Below, in pieces: positions 34,550 to 45,324 of a stretch of DNA of 64,000 nucleotides. Where the stretch lies: NCBI GenBank assembly GCA_965240325.2, contig OZ251229.1, positions 2,418,001 through 2,482,000 on the forward strand, in the 5' to 3' direction. The position numbers and the translations under genes are program-made. The notes beneath the pieces were generated by a model. The model was not told where the DNA came from. It made no database searches and was given only the letters and a program-made list of their open reading frames with translations. Positions within the stretch are counted from its first letter, which is position 1. Each line of letters opens with the position of its first letter. The DNA is from Rebecca billardiae RCC1528 (taxonomy: Eukaryota > Protista > Haptophyta).

Positions 34550-37066
34550 ATGAGCGACGCGCCAGGGCAGACGCTCGGCCGCGGCAGCCGGGGCCACCGC
34601 CACCTCGCCTTCCGCGAGGACTCGCCCGCCTTTCGCCGTGACCTCGAGCTGTGCGAGGAGAACGCGCGCAACGTGCGCACGCACGTCAAGAACGTGCGCA
34701 AGACGGTGCACTCCGTCTACCAGACGGGCGCGCGCTCGGGCGAGGCGACCAAGGCGTGGGCGAACGAGCTGCTGGCGTTCGGCGGGCCGAACCAGGCCGT
34801 CATGTCGGCCGGCGTGGGCCCGGCGCTCTGGACGATCTCCGCGTGCTTCAAGGAGGTCGCCGACCTGTCATACGCGTCGCTGCTCAACGTCGAGAAGGAG
34901 TTTGCCAACCGCATCGACATCAAGGTGGAGGAGGACGCGAAGGTGCTCAAGGAGCTCAAGACGCGGTTCACGCGGGCGGACGAGAAGTACCGCGCCGCGA
35001 TCGACCGCGCGCGCTCGCTCAAGAAGGACGCCAAGGACGCCAAGGTGATCGGCGCCGACCGCGAGCTGATCGCCGCCAAGCTCGCGCTCGAGAACGCGCG
35101 CTTCGACCTCGTCGCCAAGCTGAACGAGCTGGAGAGCGGGCGGCAGGTGGACCTGCTCGAGTGCATGTGCGAGTGCGTGCGCGTCCAGCTCGGCTTCTTC
35201 GCCTCGGCGCAGGAGCATCTCGCCCGGCTCGCGGCGAACGTGCCGACGTGGCAGCAGTTCCTCGCGCAGAAGCGGACCGAGCTCGCCAAGCTCGCCGAGT
35301 CCAACCTCGCGACGCAGCAGCACCTGCGCCGGCTGAGCCAGGTGCACTCGGACGGCGCGCTGTTCGCGCCGCACGCCGCGCACGCGCACGCGCCCACCAC
35401 GTCCAAGGAGGGCTACCTCTTCAAGCGCTCCACGCACGGCACGGGCTGGAAGCGCGTGTGGGTCGAGCTGCGCGACGCGCACCTGCTGTGGTCCTCGCAG
35501 CGGCTCGATCGGCGCGCGAGCGGCGCGGACGAGGCGCGCCAGCACGGCGTGAGCCTGCTGCTGTGCACGGTGCAGCTCAAGGACACGTCCGACTCGGCCC
35601 GCCGCTTCTGCTTCGAGGTGGTCACCCCCGACCGCACCATCAGCCTGCAGGCCGAGAGCGACGTCGACCGCGAGCGCTGGGTCGACTCGCTCCGCACCGC
35701 GATCGAGCAGGCCTTCCACGCGCTCGACACGGAGCGCGGCATGCCGTCCAACTCGACGAAGCTCGACGCGAGCGGGCAGGGCGAGCCGGCGCACGTCGCC
35801 GTCGCGCCGCTGCTCGAGCTGCGCAAGCTCGAGGACAACAAGCTGTGCGCCGACTGCGGCGACAGCGCGCCCGACTGGGCGGTCGTGAACCACGGCGTGG
35901 TCGTGTGCATCGAGTGCTCGGGGCTGCACCGCTCGCTCGGCGTGCACGTGAGCAAGGTGCGCTCGCTCACGCTCGACACGTGGGATGTGTCGCTCGTCGA
36001 CATGATGGGCGCGCTGGGCAACCGCCGCGCGAACCGGCTCCTCGAGTACGCGCCGATCGGGAACAAGCCCGTGGCGTCGTCGCCGCGGTGCGTCGCGACG
36101 CCGCGCGACGCCGCGAGCGCCGCGCCCGCAGCAGGGGTGCGCGCGCGCCGTCGAGGCCGGCAACGGCCTCGGCGCTTGCGTGGCTCACACAGCGCGCGCG
36201 CGCGCGCTCGTGCGCGTGCCTGCAGGGAGGAGAAGAAGGCGTGGATCGAAGCCAAGTACCGGCTGCGCATGTTCGTCAGGCCGTGCTGGGTGTACGGCGC
36301 GCTCGCGCACGTGCTCTGCGCCGCGGTGCGGCGCGACGACGCGCCGATGGCGGAGGCGCTGATCGCGCAGGGCGCGCCTCTCGAGGACGCGGTGAGCGAA
36401 GCGGAGCTGCCGGGCGACGATGGTGCGCTCAGCGCGTTGGGCTGGGTCGCGGGCGGGCCGTACCCGCCGCTCACGCCCGTGCAGCACGCGGCGCACGCGT
36501 GTGCGCTGCGGTGCGTCGAGCTGCTCTGCCACTGGGGCGTCGCGCTCGGCCCGTCCGGCGCCGCGCGCCTCAGCCCGCTGCACACGGCCGCGGCGGCGGG
36601 GCACGCGGACGCTGTCGGCGTGCTGCTGAGGCGTGGTGCGCCGTGTGAGGCGCGCGACGCCACCGGCCGGACACCAGCCGACGTGGCGGCGCTCCACGAG
36701 CACGCGGCCGTCGGGAACCTGCTCGACGCCGCCGCGCGCCCCCGGCAGGAGTCGCTGCCGGGAGCGACCAGCTCGGTCCGCACCTCCCGGCTGTCGGACA
36801 ACACCGACGCCGGCGCGTCGACGGCCGATGCGCAGGCGGCCTCGGACGGGGCGTCTCGAGGGATACGACGCTCGCTATCCGCTAGCCGCGGGCCGCGCTC
36901 CATGGGCACACGCGTCATGAGCGGCCTGCTGTGGCGGTCGGCGAACAGCCGCGACGACAGCGACTTGCCGCGCAGCGGCGGCAGCACAGACGTGTCGCCT
37001 GCGGTGTCCCGCCCTGTCAGAACCAGCGGCGGCGGCGGCATGACGTCGCAGTCCTTCCATCGATGA
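34550..37066 (+). CDS. ACAP/AGD-type ArfGAP (BAR-PH-ArfGAP-ankyrin)
   Basis: BAR N-terminus EDSPAFRRDL; PH KEGYLFKRS...WKRVW...RRFCFEVVTP...LQAES..RERWV; ArfGAP zinc finger CADC...CIECSGLHRSLGVHVSKVRSLTLD; ankyrin SPLHTAA, GRTPAD. Predicted in-frame intron 36088-36225. Confidence 0.93.
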   Translation: MSDAPGQTLGRGSRGHRHLAFREDSPAFRRDLELCEENARNVRTHVKNVRKTVHSVYQTGARSGEATKAWANELLAFGGPNQAVMSAGVGPALWTISACFKEVADLSYASLLNVEKEFANRIDIKVEEDAKVLKELKTRFTRADEKYRAAIDRARSLKKDAKDAKVIGADRELIAAKLALENARFDLVAKLNELESGRQVDLLECMCECVRVQLGFFASAQEHLARLAANVPTWQQFLAQKRTELAKLAESNLATQQHLRRLSQVHSDGALFAPHAAHAHAPTTSKEGYLFKRSTHGTGWKRVWVELRDAHLLWSSQRLDRRASGADEARQHGVSLLLCTVQLKDTSDSARRFCFEVVTPDRTISLQAESDVDRERWVDSLRTAIEQAFHALDTERGMPSNSTKLDASGQGEPAHVAVAPLLELRKLEDNKLCADCGDSAPDWAVVNHGVVVCIECSGLHRSLGVHVSKVRSLTLDTWDVSLVDMMGALGNRRANRLLEYAPIGNKPVASSPRCVATPRDAASAAPAAGVRARRRGRQRPRRLRGSHSARARARARACREEKKAWIEAKYRLRMFVRPCWVYGALAHVLCAAVRRDDAPMAEALIAQGAPLEDAVSEAELPGDDGALSALGWVAGGPYPPLTPVQHAAHACALRCVELLCHWGVALGPSGAARLSPLHTAAAAGHADAVGVLLRRGAPCEARDATGRTPADVAALHEHAAVGNLLDAAARPRQESLPGATSSVRTSRLSDNTDAGASTADAQAASDGASRGIRRSLSASRGPRSMGTRVMSGLLWRSANSRDDSDLPRSGGSTDVSPAVSRPVRTSGGGGMTSQSFHR

Positions 37067-37210
37067 CGACGGCGCCCGACGCCGGCCGATGATCAGTAGC
37101 AGTCTTATTGTGCTGTGAGTGTGATCGGATATTACTACTGACTCATATTGTTCATTACGGAACGGCCTCGCACGGTGACGGTACGGGCTACGGCTACCGG
37201 GCTGATGAAT

Positions 37211-38119
37211 GGCCTGTTTTATTTCTACCAGATTCCATTTACTATGTCACGGCGACAAACCCGTGCTCGCCAGTGGGAATCGGTGTCACGCCCCGTTGGG
37301 TGTACCTCTCACGGCCGATGGCGGCCCCCACGTGCGCAAGGAATGCGATTCGTGCACTCCTCGGTGACCGGTGAGTGCACGAATCCAGTTGCGGCGCTCG
37401 TCCGCCTCGTCGTTGTCGCACACGAGGTACACCCAACACCATGGGTCGGATCCCAGAACTCTCCGCGCGCTCGCGCCTGCGCGGCACTGGCAGGCTTGTT
37501 CTCATCATCTTGGCCAAGACTGCAGCCTGAAAGATGCGCGAGGACGCGTGTGCACGCCTTTCCGCGCGTCATGGGTGCGCGTGGCACGCACCTTGTAATA
37601 TTATACGCCGAGGAGGCCTGAGCATCCGGCCTACTAACCTTCCGCGATCACGTTCAAATGCAGGCGGCAAGCTGCAAGCAAGCGCACGCCGAACGGAAGC
37701 ATCTCAAGCTCGACAAGGTAGTGGCGGCGGAGCGTTTAGAGCTGGTGGCGATTGCAGTCCATCTGGCTGTGAACTGGTCGCTAACTGACACGGGTGCGAC
37801 GCAGCAGCCAAGGCAGAGTGCTTGCAGCTTGCAGAGGGCCTCCAGCTGCAGCGGTTTGCCGCCGCTCGCCGCCGCTGCATCGTGCACACTGCCGTGCACC
37901 GCGAGTGACCCCTGTGTCAAGGCGAAGCACCACGGCAAGGCGAATCAGCATGTCTGACAACATCCTTCGCCACAGCGCAGCGCCTCAACACGAGAATGCG
38001 CGAATGACGTGCCATCACTTCTCCGGACTAGCTCCGGGGCCCGCACCAGCGGGCAAGCCGCCATTGTACCGCGTCTTGGCGAATGTCGCCTTTGGGCTCT
38101 CGTAGAAATAAAACAGGCC
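37211..38119. mobile_element. Non-autonomous DNA transposon with 18-bp perfect TIRs and a 4-bp TSD (GAAT)
   Basis: GGCCTGTTTTATTTCTAC at 37211-37228 and its reverse complement at 38102-38119. GAAT at 37207-37210 and 38120-38123. A second partial copy is at 13057. Confidence 0.8.
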
Positions 38120-38641
38120 GAATATTGAATGACTAGAATTGTGTCTAGTAAGAGTAGAGTGAGACACTCACGTCTGCCGATAGTTAGTGATGAGTGAGTA
38201 TTCCGAGTACGGCCAGTGACTCAGTGAATGAAACAGTGATCGACTACCGACTGTCACTCTGTCGGACTGCTCCGAGCTGCCACGCGTCTGCTGCGACTCA
38301 GCAGACTGCTGGGTCCCGTTCACGAGCTGCCTGGCCGCCGCACCGAGACTCGTCGGGCGTGACGCCTGTCTGCTCTCGGCGTACGTCAGTCGTCAGCCTC
38401 CCGAGCTGCGGCGGGCAATGCTGCCGTCACTTCAGCCTTCAGGCTTCAGAGTCCAGTGCGGCATGTCTGATGACAGCATCACAGCCGATGCGCGCTCTTG
38501 CGGCGGCGGAGCGCGTCGGCATTTCTCACGACCTGTGTTTAGATGACGAAACCAGGCGCTCATCTCCGCTCGGCGGCGGCGCCGCTCGCGAGAGGCGGCG
38601 CCGAGGGCCGACGCGGCGCCGACGCCGCCCTGCCCGAACGG

Positions 38642-41036
38642 ATGGGCGCGACATTAGTGCGCCGATCCATTGCGGCGGTGCTCGTCGCCTGCGCGGCGCT
38701 GACGGCCGGCGGGCTGCAGCGCCCCCCGAGGCCGCAGCCCCGGCCGCGGGCGCAGCTGCCTTCGAGCGCACCACCGCCCCTCTCCCGGCGCACGGCCCTG
38801 CTGGGCTCGTTTGCAACGGCGGCGGGCGGCGCGGTGCTCCAGCCGGGGCGCGCGCGCGGCGCCGACGACATCGGCGGCTTGGTGTGGACGCCGGTGGAGG
38901 GCTCGGTGCGCAAGCTGAGCGGCGACACGCAGCGCCAGCGCTTCCCGCTGCGCTTCAGCACCTACCTCACGCGCTTCCTGCTCGAGTACGACCGCAGCAC
39001 GCGCGCGTGGTGGGACGAGGGCGGTCGCTCGATCCCGCTCTGGTTTGACGAGGACGCGGTCGAGCGCGTGCGGCTGACGCAGTACGGCGAGCTGACGCGC
39101 TCGGTGGAGTACGGGCTGGCGACCGCGTACGACGACCCCGACGGCGCCGACCGCCTGCTCGCCGTGCTCTCCGCCGACTTCCGCTCGGTCGCGCAGGCGC
39201 GGCAGCTCGCGATCCTCTTCTCGCTGCTGCCGGCGGGCGACCAGCCCGTGCGCCGGCTGGGTGAGCTGCTCGGCCGCGCGGACAACGCGAGCGTGCGCGC
39301 CGTGCGCGTGCGCGAGCCGGGGCGCGGGTACGACCCGCTCGACCCGCCCAACGTCACAATCTCCTCGCCGCTCGCGCTGAACGGCTCGCGCGCGCTCGGC
39401 CGCGCGCTCGTGGACGAGACCAACGGCACGATCGTCGGCGTCGAGCTGCTGGACGGCGGCTCTGGGTACTCGCAGGCGCGGCGCGTGACGGCGACGGTCG
39501 ACCCACCGCCGCGCGGCGCGGACAGCCGCCGCGCGCTCCTCGAGGTCGAGCTGCCCGCTCGCGAGGAGCGGCGCGGCGTGCGGCCGAGCCGGCTGCCCGC
39601 GCTCTCCAAGGCGAGCTCGCTCACCTCGCTGCTGCCCGACCGCACGCCCGTCACGTACGACGAGGGCGCGAGGTGCTACCGCGTGGGCAGGGCGGGCGCC
39701 GTGGCGCAGATCGAGGAGATCACGCCGCCCGACGGCGACGTCGACGCCTTCGGCCCCGTCAACCGCGAGCCCGTGCAGCGCTCGGCCGCGGTGGACGGCT
39801 CGCAGTACGCAAGGCTCGCGCTCGCGGGCGCGGTGTGCGCCGCGCTCGGCCACGCCGCGCTCACGCCGCTCGAGGTCGTCAAGACGAAGCTGCAGGCGGA
39901 CGCCGCGCGGTATGACGGCCTCAACTTCTTCGAGTCCGTCGCGGAGGTCGCGCGCGAGCCGCTGCCAGTCGAGCTCGCACGGACAGCGGAGGAGGCCGAG
40001 CCCGGCGGCGCGGCCGAGCCCGGCGGCGACGAGGGCCCGCCTGACGCTCTGCACGACGACGCGCGCGCCGCGGCGCCGGCGCAAGCCGCAGGCGCGCCCG
40101 CACCGGCGGGCTCCGCCGCGCTCGAACCCGCCGAGCCCACTCTGCGGAGCGTGTGCGAGAACCTCTTCCGGGGCGTGGACGCGTCCGCGCTCGGCCACTT
40201 CATCTCGGGCGGCATCTCGTTCGGGCTGACGGAGTATTTGCGGCGCGCGCTTGCGGAGGCGCTCGGTCCCGAGAGCGCGCTGATCTACCCGCCCTGGGCG
40301 GTCGTGTCCAGCGCGTCGGTCCTCGGCGTGATCGCGGGCACCACCGCCATCGCGCCCTTCGAGGCGACACGCGTGCGCATGGTGCGCGCGCGCGCGACCA
40401 CGCCGCGGCACCGCGCAGCGCCATCATCCACCCTCGATCGCCGCCGCGCGCGCTCATCACACAACGCGCGGCGCGTGCTCGCAGGTGACCAAGCCTGGCT
40501 TCGCGCCCGACGTGTTCGCGGGCCTGACGCGCCTCTCGGCGGAGGACGGCCTCGGATCCGCGTGGGGCCCCAAGTTCCGCACGCTGCTGCTGAAGGACAT
40601 CCCTTTCGCCATGCTCAAGTTCTCTGCGTTCGACGCGGTGAGTGCGGCCGTGTACGCGCTCTTCCCCTCGCTCGCCGAGTCGCTGCAGACGTCGCTGCTC
40701 GTCTCGCTCGCGAGCGGCTTTGCGTCAGGCGTCGCCGCCGCGGCCTTCAGCCACCCCGCGGACACCATATTCACCCAGCTCTCCGTGCAGAAGAAGGCGG
40801 CAGAGGGAGAGGCCCAGCCGAGCCTGCTCGATGTGGCGCGCAGAATCGTGGACGAGCTCGGTGTGCGCGCGCTGTATGCGGGCGTGGGCGCACGCTGTGT
40901 CTTCTCTGGCCTCCTGCTCTCGATCGAATTCCTCATCTACGACTACCTGCGCGCGGCCATGCACGTCGGCACAGAAGACCTGCAGCTGTACCTTGACGTG
41001 CTGGCTGGGCTGGGCCGATCCACCGGTGGGTCGTGA
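38642..41036 (+). CDS. Mitochondrial carrier family (SLC25, phosphate-carrier-like) protein with a long N-terminal extension, probably plastid-targeted
   Basis: Three PX[D/E] signatures: TPLEVVKTK, APFEATRVR, HPADTI. Predicted intron 40382-40484 joins to ORF 40485..41036. N-terminal signal peptide, Pro/Arg-rich stretch and SRRTALL motif. Confidence 0.85.
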
Positions 41037-41283
41037 CGAAGCAGCCTGATCTGAGTTGTCGTCGTGATGATGCGCTGATGCTGATCATCGTCAAATTCAA
41101 TGCTGATGCCGTCTGACAATGCGGATCACGATACTACGACATTCTGGCATCTGATCCAGACCGTCGGATCACTCGGATGATCGGAGGCGCGATGACGTGT
41201 GGCCCGAGGCTCCGTACGTCAGACGACGCCGGTACACTCGTCTCGATCATCGGACCAAAAGCAGCAGATCTTCGGTGTCGTCG

Positions 41284-42153
41284 TCACAGCTCCTTCGATG
41301 CCACGTCGATTTCACGAGCCACGGCGCCGATATTGCCGCGTTCCGTCGAATCGCCCGCTGTCTGCGACGCCGCAGCGCTGCCGGAGACAGCAGACTGCGC
41401 CGGAGTGGTCGCAGCCCGCTTGCCGACGAAATCGGAGGCATACAGGTCGAACACCGACATGCGCTCGCGCACAAGCGCAAAGTACAGGATCTGCGCGAGC
41501 AGCGCGGAGTTGACCAAGAAGCCGCATGCGCACCCGGCGAGGAGCAGCAGGTCGCCATCAGCGAGCTCGAGCGTGGTCCAAAAGCGGAGCGCATTGCCGC
41601 CAGCGAGGAGCGTGGCCGTGAGTGGGGAGAACTCGCCCACGGCCCCGCGTCGCAGATTAATGACGAGCTGAGGCAGCACGGCGGTCGCCCCGGCGAAGGA
41701 TGCGACCGCCTGCGCCACTGGGAGCGCCAACTCGCGCCCGTCCGCCGACGACAGCGCCAGCAGTTCAAGCGCAGCGATGCTGGCTGCGATGAGCAACGGC
41801 TTGGCTTCGCGCGTGAAGTAGCAAATGAGGCCGAGCATCACTGCGGCCTGCAGAGCAAGCGTGAGCGACTCCGCGTACTGGCTGAGAGGGTAGTGCCGGG
41901 AGAAGTTGTAGGCATCAGTCGTGGCGTAGCTCGCGAGCTTCAGGACCCAGGTCGTTGGCGCGAGGCCTGCGGCCGACTGCGACCGGCAGATTCTGTAGAT
42001 CATGGGGGTGTACAACGTCAAACTGCCGGCGCCGATGACGTAGCCGACAGCGTGGGCTGCATCTGCGCCCGTGATTGCCATGGTCGCGCGTGAGCTCGAC
42101 GCCAGCGCGCCCGAGCCCGACACCAGCGCGCGGGCGCGCAGTAGCGCCACCAT
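41284..42153 (-). CDS. PQ-loop membrane protein (MPDU1/Lec35-like)
   Basis: GYVIGAGSLTLYTPMIYRICRSQSAAGL, YPLSQYAESL, LPQLVINLRRGAVGEFS, LRFWTT and LVNSALLAQILYF match the MPDU1 pattern. The start codon is uncertain. Confidence 0.8.
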   Translation of the reverse strand: MVALLRARALVSGSGALASSSRATMAITGADAAHAVGYVIGAGSLTLYTPMIYRICRSQSAAGLAPTTWVLKLASYATTDAYNFSRHYPLSQYAESLTLALQAAVMLGLICYFTREAKPLLIAASIAALELLALSSADGRELALPVAQAVASFAGATAVLPQLVINLRRGAVGEFSPLTATLLAGGNALRFWTTLELADGDLLLLAGCACGFLVNSALLAQILYFALVRERMSVFDLYASDFVGKRAATTPAQSAVSGSAAASQTAGDSTERGNIGAVAREIDVASKEL

Positions 42154-42291
42154 GCCTTTGGCGATTGCGCGGGAGTCCGGTGCCCAGGGAAGCACTGGAG
42201 TCCGGTCCGCCTTCGCCAAGTGCTCCAAACGGCCAGTCTCGCGCGATCGGGTGCGATGGCCGCCGCGACGTGCTCGTCGGTGCTTGACTGA

Positions 42292-43764
42292 ATGTGGCTG
42301 GTCGCTGCCTGGGCGTGGACGCTCGCGCTCGTGCCGCCGTCTCCGGCGGTGCGTTCGGCGCGAGCGGCGCTAGAGCCCGTGTTCGAAGCCATCGATTGGC
42401 GCACGCACGGGCACATGGCGCGCGTCCTCGAAGCGTTCCGCCGCGCCGAGGTGTCGCCGTCCGACTTTGGAGGTGTCGACGGCTACGGCCACGGCGACCT
42501 CGGGCGCGAGAAGATCGACGCGATCTACGCGGAGCTCTTCGGCGCAGAGGCGGCCATGGTACGGGTGCAGTGCTTCTCTGGCACCCACGCCATCGCGTGC
42601 GCGCTGTACGGCGTCCTGCGGCCGGGCGACACGATGCTGACCGTGAGCGGCGCGCCGTACGACACGCTGGAGGAGGTGCTGGGCACGCGCGCGCGCGAGG
42701 CGAGCGGTCTCACTGGCTCGCTTGCGGACTTTGGTGTGCACTGGGAGTGCGTCGACCTCACGCCCGAGGGCACCTTCGACTATCCGGCCATCGAGCGCGC
42801 CCTCGAGCGCATCGAGGCGGGCGGCAGGGTGGCCATGGTGCACGTCCAGCGCTCGTGCGGGTACGCCTGGCGCCGCTCGCTGCCGGTCGCGGAGATCGGC
42901 GAGCTCGCGAGCTGGCTGGACGGATGGAAGCACGCGCACGGTAGCCGACGCGGCGCGCCGCCGTCGGGTGCTGCTGCTCGAGGAGGCGTGCAGGGCGAGG
43001 CCGCTCGAGAGGAGGGGCCGCGCGCCGGCGCCGATCATGCTTCTGACGCTGCGGCGCCATGGCAGCCGTCGTGGCCCGTCCTCTTCGTGGACAACTGCTA
43101 CGGGGAGTTTGTGGAGGAGTGCGAGCCGACGGCCGTGGGCGCGGACCTCGTGGCCGGCTCGCTCATCAAGAACCCGGGCGGCACGCTCGCCCTCACAGGC
43201 GGGTACGTCGCCGGCCGTGCCGCGCTGGTACAGGCTGCATCCAACCGGCTGAGCGCGCCAGGCGTCGAGGGCGGCGCGACGCTCGGACAGAATCGCGCGC
43301 TGATGCAGGGCCTCTTCCATGCGCCCCAGGTCGTCGGCGAGGCGCTCAAAGGGGCGCACCTTGCGGCACAGACGCTCGGCGCACGCGGGTACGCGTGCAA
43401 CCCGCCGCCACTCGCACCCGCGGCCGCCCACGACATGGCCGTGGCAGCACTCGCGGCGCGTGCAGACATCGTGCAGGCAATCCGGCTCGGTTCGCGCGAA
43501 CGGCTCATCGCGTTCTGCGAGGTGGTCCAGCGCTTCTCGCCCATCTCGGCGCACGTGCGCCCTGTCGCCGGCACGACGCCCGGCTACGGCGACCCCGTCG
43601 TCTTCGCGGATGGCACCTTTGTTGACGGCTCGACGGCCGAGCTCACGGCGGATGGCCCGCTGCGCGAGCCGTTCGTGGTGTACATGCAAGGCGGGACGCA
43701 CTGGACGCACTGGGCGCTCGTCCTCGACGCGTTCCTCGAGCTCGACGAGGAGGCACCATGCTGA
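42292..43764 (+). CDS. YnbB / 'aluminium resistance' cystathionine beta-lyase / methionine gamma-lyase family PLP enzyme
   Basis: GYGHGDLGRE, SGTHAIACAL, PYDTLEEV, QRSCGYAWR, FVDNCYGEFVE, AGSLIKNPGG (PLP Lys), GTFVDGSTAELTADGPLREP. Signal-peptide-like N-terminus. Confidence 0.9.
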   Translation: MWLVAAWAWTLALVPPSPAVRSARAALEPVFEAIDWRTHGHMARVLEAFRRAEVSPSDFGGVDGYGHGDLGREKIDAIYAELFGAEAAMVRVQCFSGTHAIACALYGVLRPGDTMLTVSGAPYDTLEEVLGTRAREASGLTGSLADFGVHWECVDLTPEGTFDYPAIERALERIEAGGRVAMVHVQRSCGYAWRRSLPVAEIGELASWLDGWKHAHGSRRGAPPSGAAARGGVQGEAAREEGPRAGADHASDAAAPWQPSWPVLFVDNCYGEFVEECEPTAVGADLVAGSLIKNPGGTLALTGGYVAGRAALVQAASNRLSAPGVEGGATLGQNRALMQGLFHAPQVVGEALKGAHLAAQTLGARGYACNPPPLAPAAAHDMAVAALAARADIVQAIRLGSRERLIAFCEVVQRFSPISAHVRPVAGTTPGYGDPVVFADGTFVDGSTAELTADGPLREPFVVYMQGGTHWTHWALVLDAFLELDEEAPC

Positions 43765-44196
43765 GCGTGGGGCCTGCCGCCGATGGCGATGGCCATGTTT
43801 CAGACCAGGCTCTAGCAGTCCTCCAGCGCACGTCGTCAGGTGGAGGCCAGGCGCCGAGCCCGAGCAGCGAGCTGAGCCGCGCGCTCGGCGCTGCGCCGTG
43901 CGCGCACGACCCGCGTCTGACAACGACGACATGAAGTGACTCGTCGTCGTCTGATGGATGTGCTGAAGTTGCTATGACGCGAGATAGCTTATTGATCCAG
44001 ATGCAGCACCCTCCCCGTGTGGTGTCAGAGCGCGCGCGTGCCTCCGAGCGCGGGGCGGCCGTCGTTCTTATTCGTAAAAACTTCCTGATGATAGATGCTC
44101 TTTCAGTCTTTGTGATGACAGTGTTGGGTAAAGTATCTATCTATCCATATTGAATATTGGGTGGCGTCTACCAATCACGCCTGAGCTGAAGCCAGG

Positions 44197-44940
44197 ATGG
44201 AGGCTATGCGCAGAGCAGGCCGGCCTCTCGCCGGGCGCATGTCCTGGGGCACACTCCTACGACGCACGATGATGATCGGCCGGCCGGCCCCTGACTTCAC
44301 TGCGCCGGCGTGCATGCCCGACAACTCGTTCACTGAAGTTAGCCTGTCTTCCTTCCAAGGGAGCAAGCACGTGGTGCTCTTCTTCTACCCGGCAGATTTC
44401 ACGTACGTGTGCGCGTCGGAGTTGCCCGCGTTCGCACGCATCACGAAGCAGCTCGCGGAGCGCGATGCCGTCGTGCTCGGCGTTTCCACCGACACCCACT
44501 ATGCCCACCGGGCGTGGAAGCTCCTCGGCCCGGAGCACGGAGGCCTCAGCGATTTCGACATCTCCTACCCGCTCATCGGGGATGCCACCAAAGCCATCAG
44601 CCATGCGTGGGACGTGCTGCTGCCCTCGGGGCTGGCAACACGAGGCCTTTTCGTCATTGACACGCGGGGCATCGTGCAGTACGAGTCGCGGAACCCACCT
44701 CCGATCGGTCGGGATGTCTCCGTGCCCGTGCGCATACTCGACGCCATAGTGCACCTGGAGCAAGCCGGCGTGACTGCGCGTAGCAGCGGCCGCGACTCAA
44801 TCGCCGAGGACGACCCTGACGAGGAGGTCATTCCTGCGGACTGGGCCCCCGGGCGGCCGACCATGAGACCCTCCAAGGATGGCGTGCGGACGTACCTGCA
44901 GCACATGAGCGAGGACGTCACTTCGGGGGCATGCGGGTAG
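44197..44940 (+). CDS. Peroxiredoxin, AhpC/Prx1 subfamily, with an Arg-rich organellar presequence
   Basis: IGRPAPDFTA; VVLFFYPADFTYVCASE (PxxxTxxC); GVSTDTHYAHRAW; RGLFVID; GRDV; EVIPADW. Confidence 0.9.
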   Translation: MEAMRRAGRPLAGRMSWGTLLRRTMMIGRPAPDFTAPACMPDNSFTEVSLSSFQGSKHVVLFFYPADFTYVCASELPAFARITKQLAERDAVVLGVSTDTHYAHRAWKLLGPEHGGLSDFDISYPLIGDATKAISHAWDVLLPSGLATRGLFVIDTRGIVQYESRNPPPIGRDVSVPVRILDAIVHLEQAGVTARSSGRDSIAEDDPDEEVIPADWAPGRPTMRPSKDGVRTYLQHMSEDVTSGACG

Positions 44941-44963
44941 CCGATCGCGGGCCGCTTAACAGT

Positions 44964-45120
44964 TTATTTGTTTTAACGTGCGTAAGGCTCACGGTGGCAG
45001 GTTGCCGCGCCATCCTTCATCGCACGCTCTCCGAAGAGAGACCTGGAAACTGGGGGTTTGAACCCATGACCTCAGACGCAAGAGCACGCCAGTACTCCCA
45101 CTCGGCCACAGACCGGCGTG
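44964..45120 (-). mobile_element. tRNA-derived SINE (157 bp) flanked by ACAGT direct repeats
   Basis: On the - strand: box A TGGCCGAGTGG (45108-45098), box B GGTTCAAACCC (45064-45054), no intact acceptor stem, unique body, A-rich 3' end AAAACAAATAA. ACAGT at 44959-44963 and 45121-45125. The 3' 80 bp are identical to 55871-55950. Confidence 0.8.
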
Positions 45121-45324
45121 ACAGTAATCACGGCGGCTAACCGCTGCTTGACTATACCGCGTATCATACGGTCGTCGCGTATGCTGTCAGATGTAGTATA
45201 CGACTCCCACAGTGCGCTAACCGGCACCGAAAGTTGAATTGGCAGAATCGGCCGATTCCGCGATCAGGGACGTTTTCGCGGAGGCCGGCCGCCATCGCTG
45301 GCGCAGCCATCCGCGCGCGAACAC

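Noticed and set aside
45043-45115. Functional tRNA gene on the - strand
   Set aside because: Boxes A and B are present, but the acceptor and anticodon stems do not pair and there is no poly-T terminator. It is fused to a repeated body with TSDs, so it was called a SINE.
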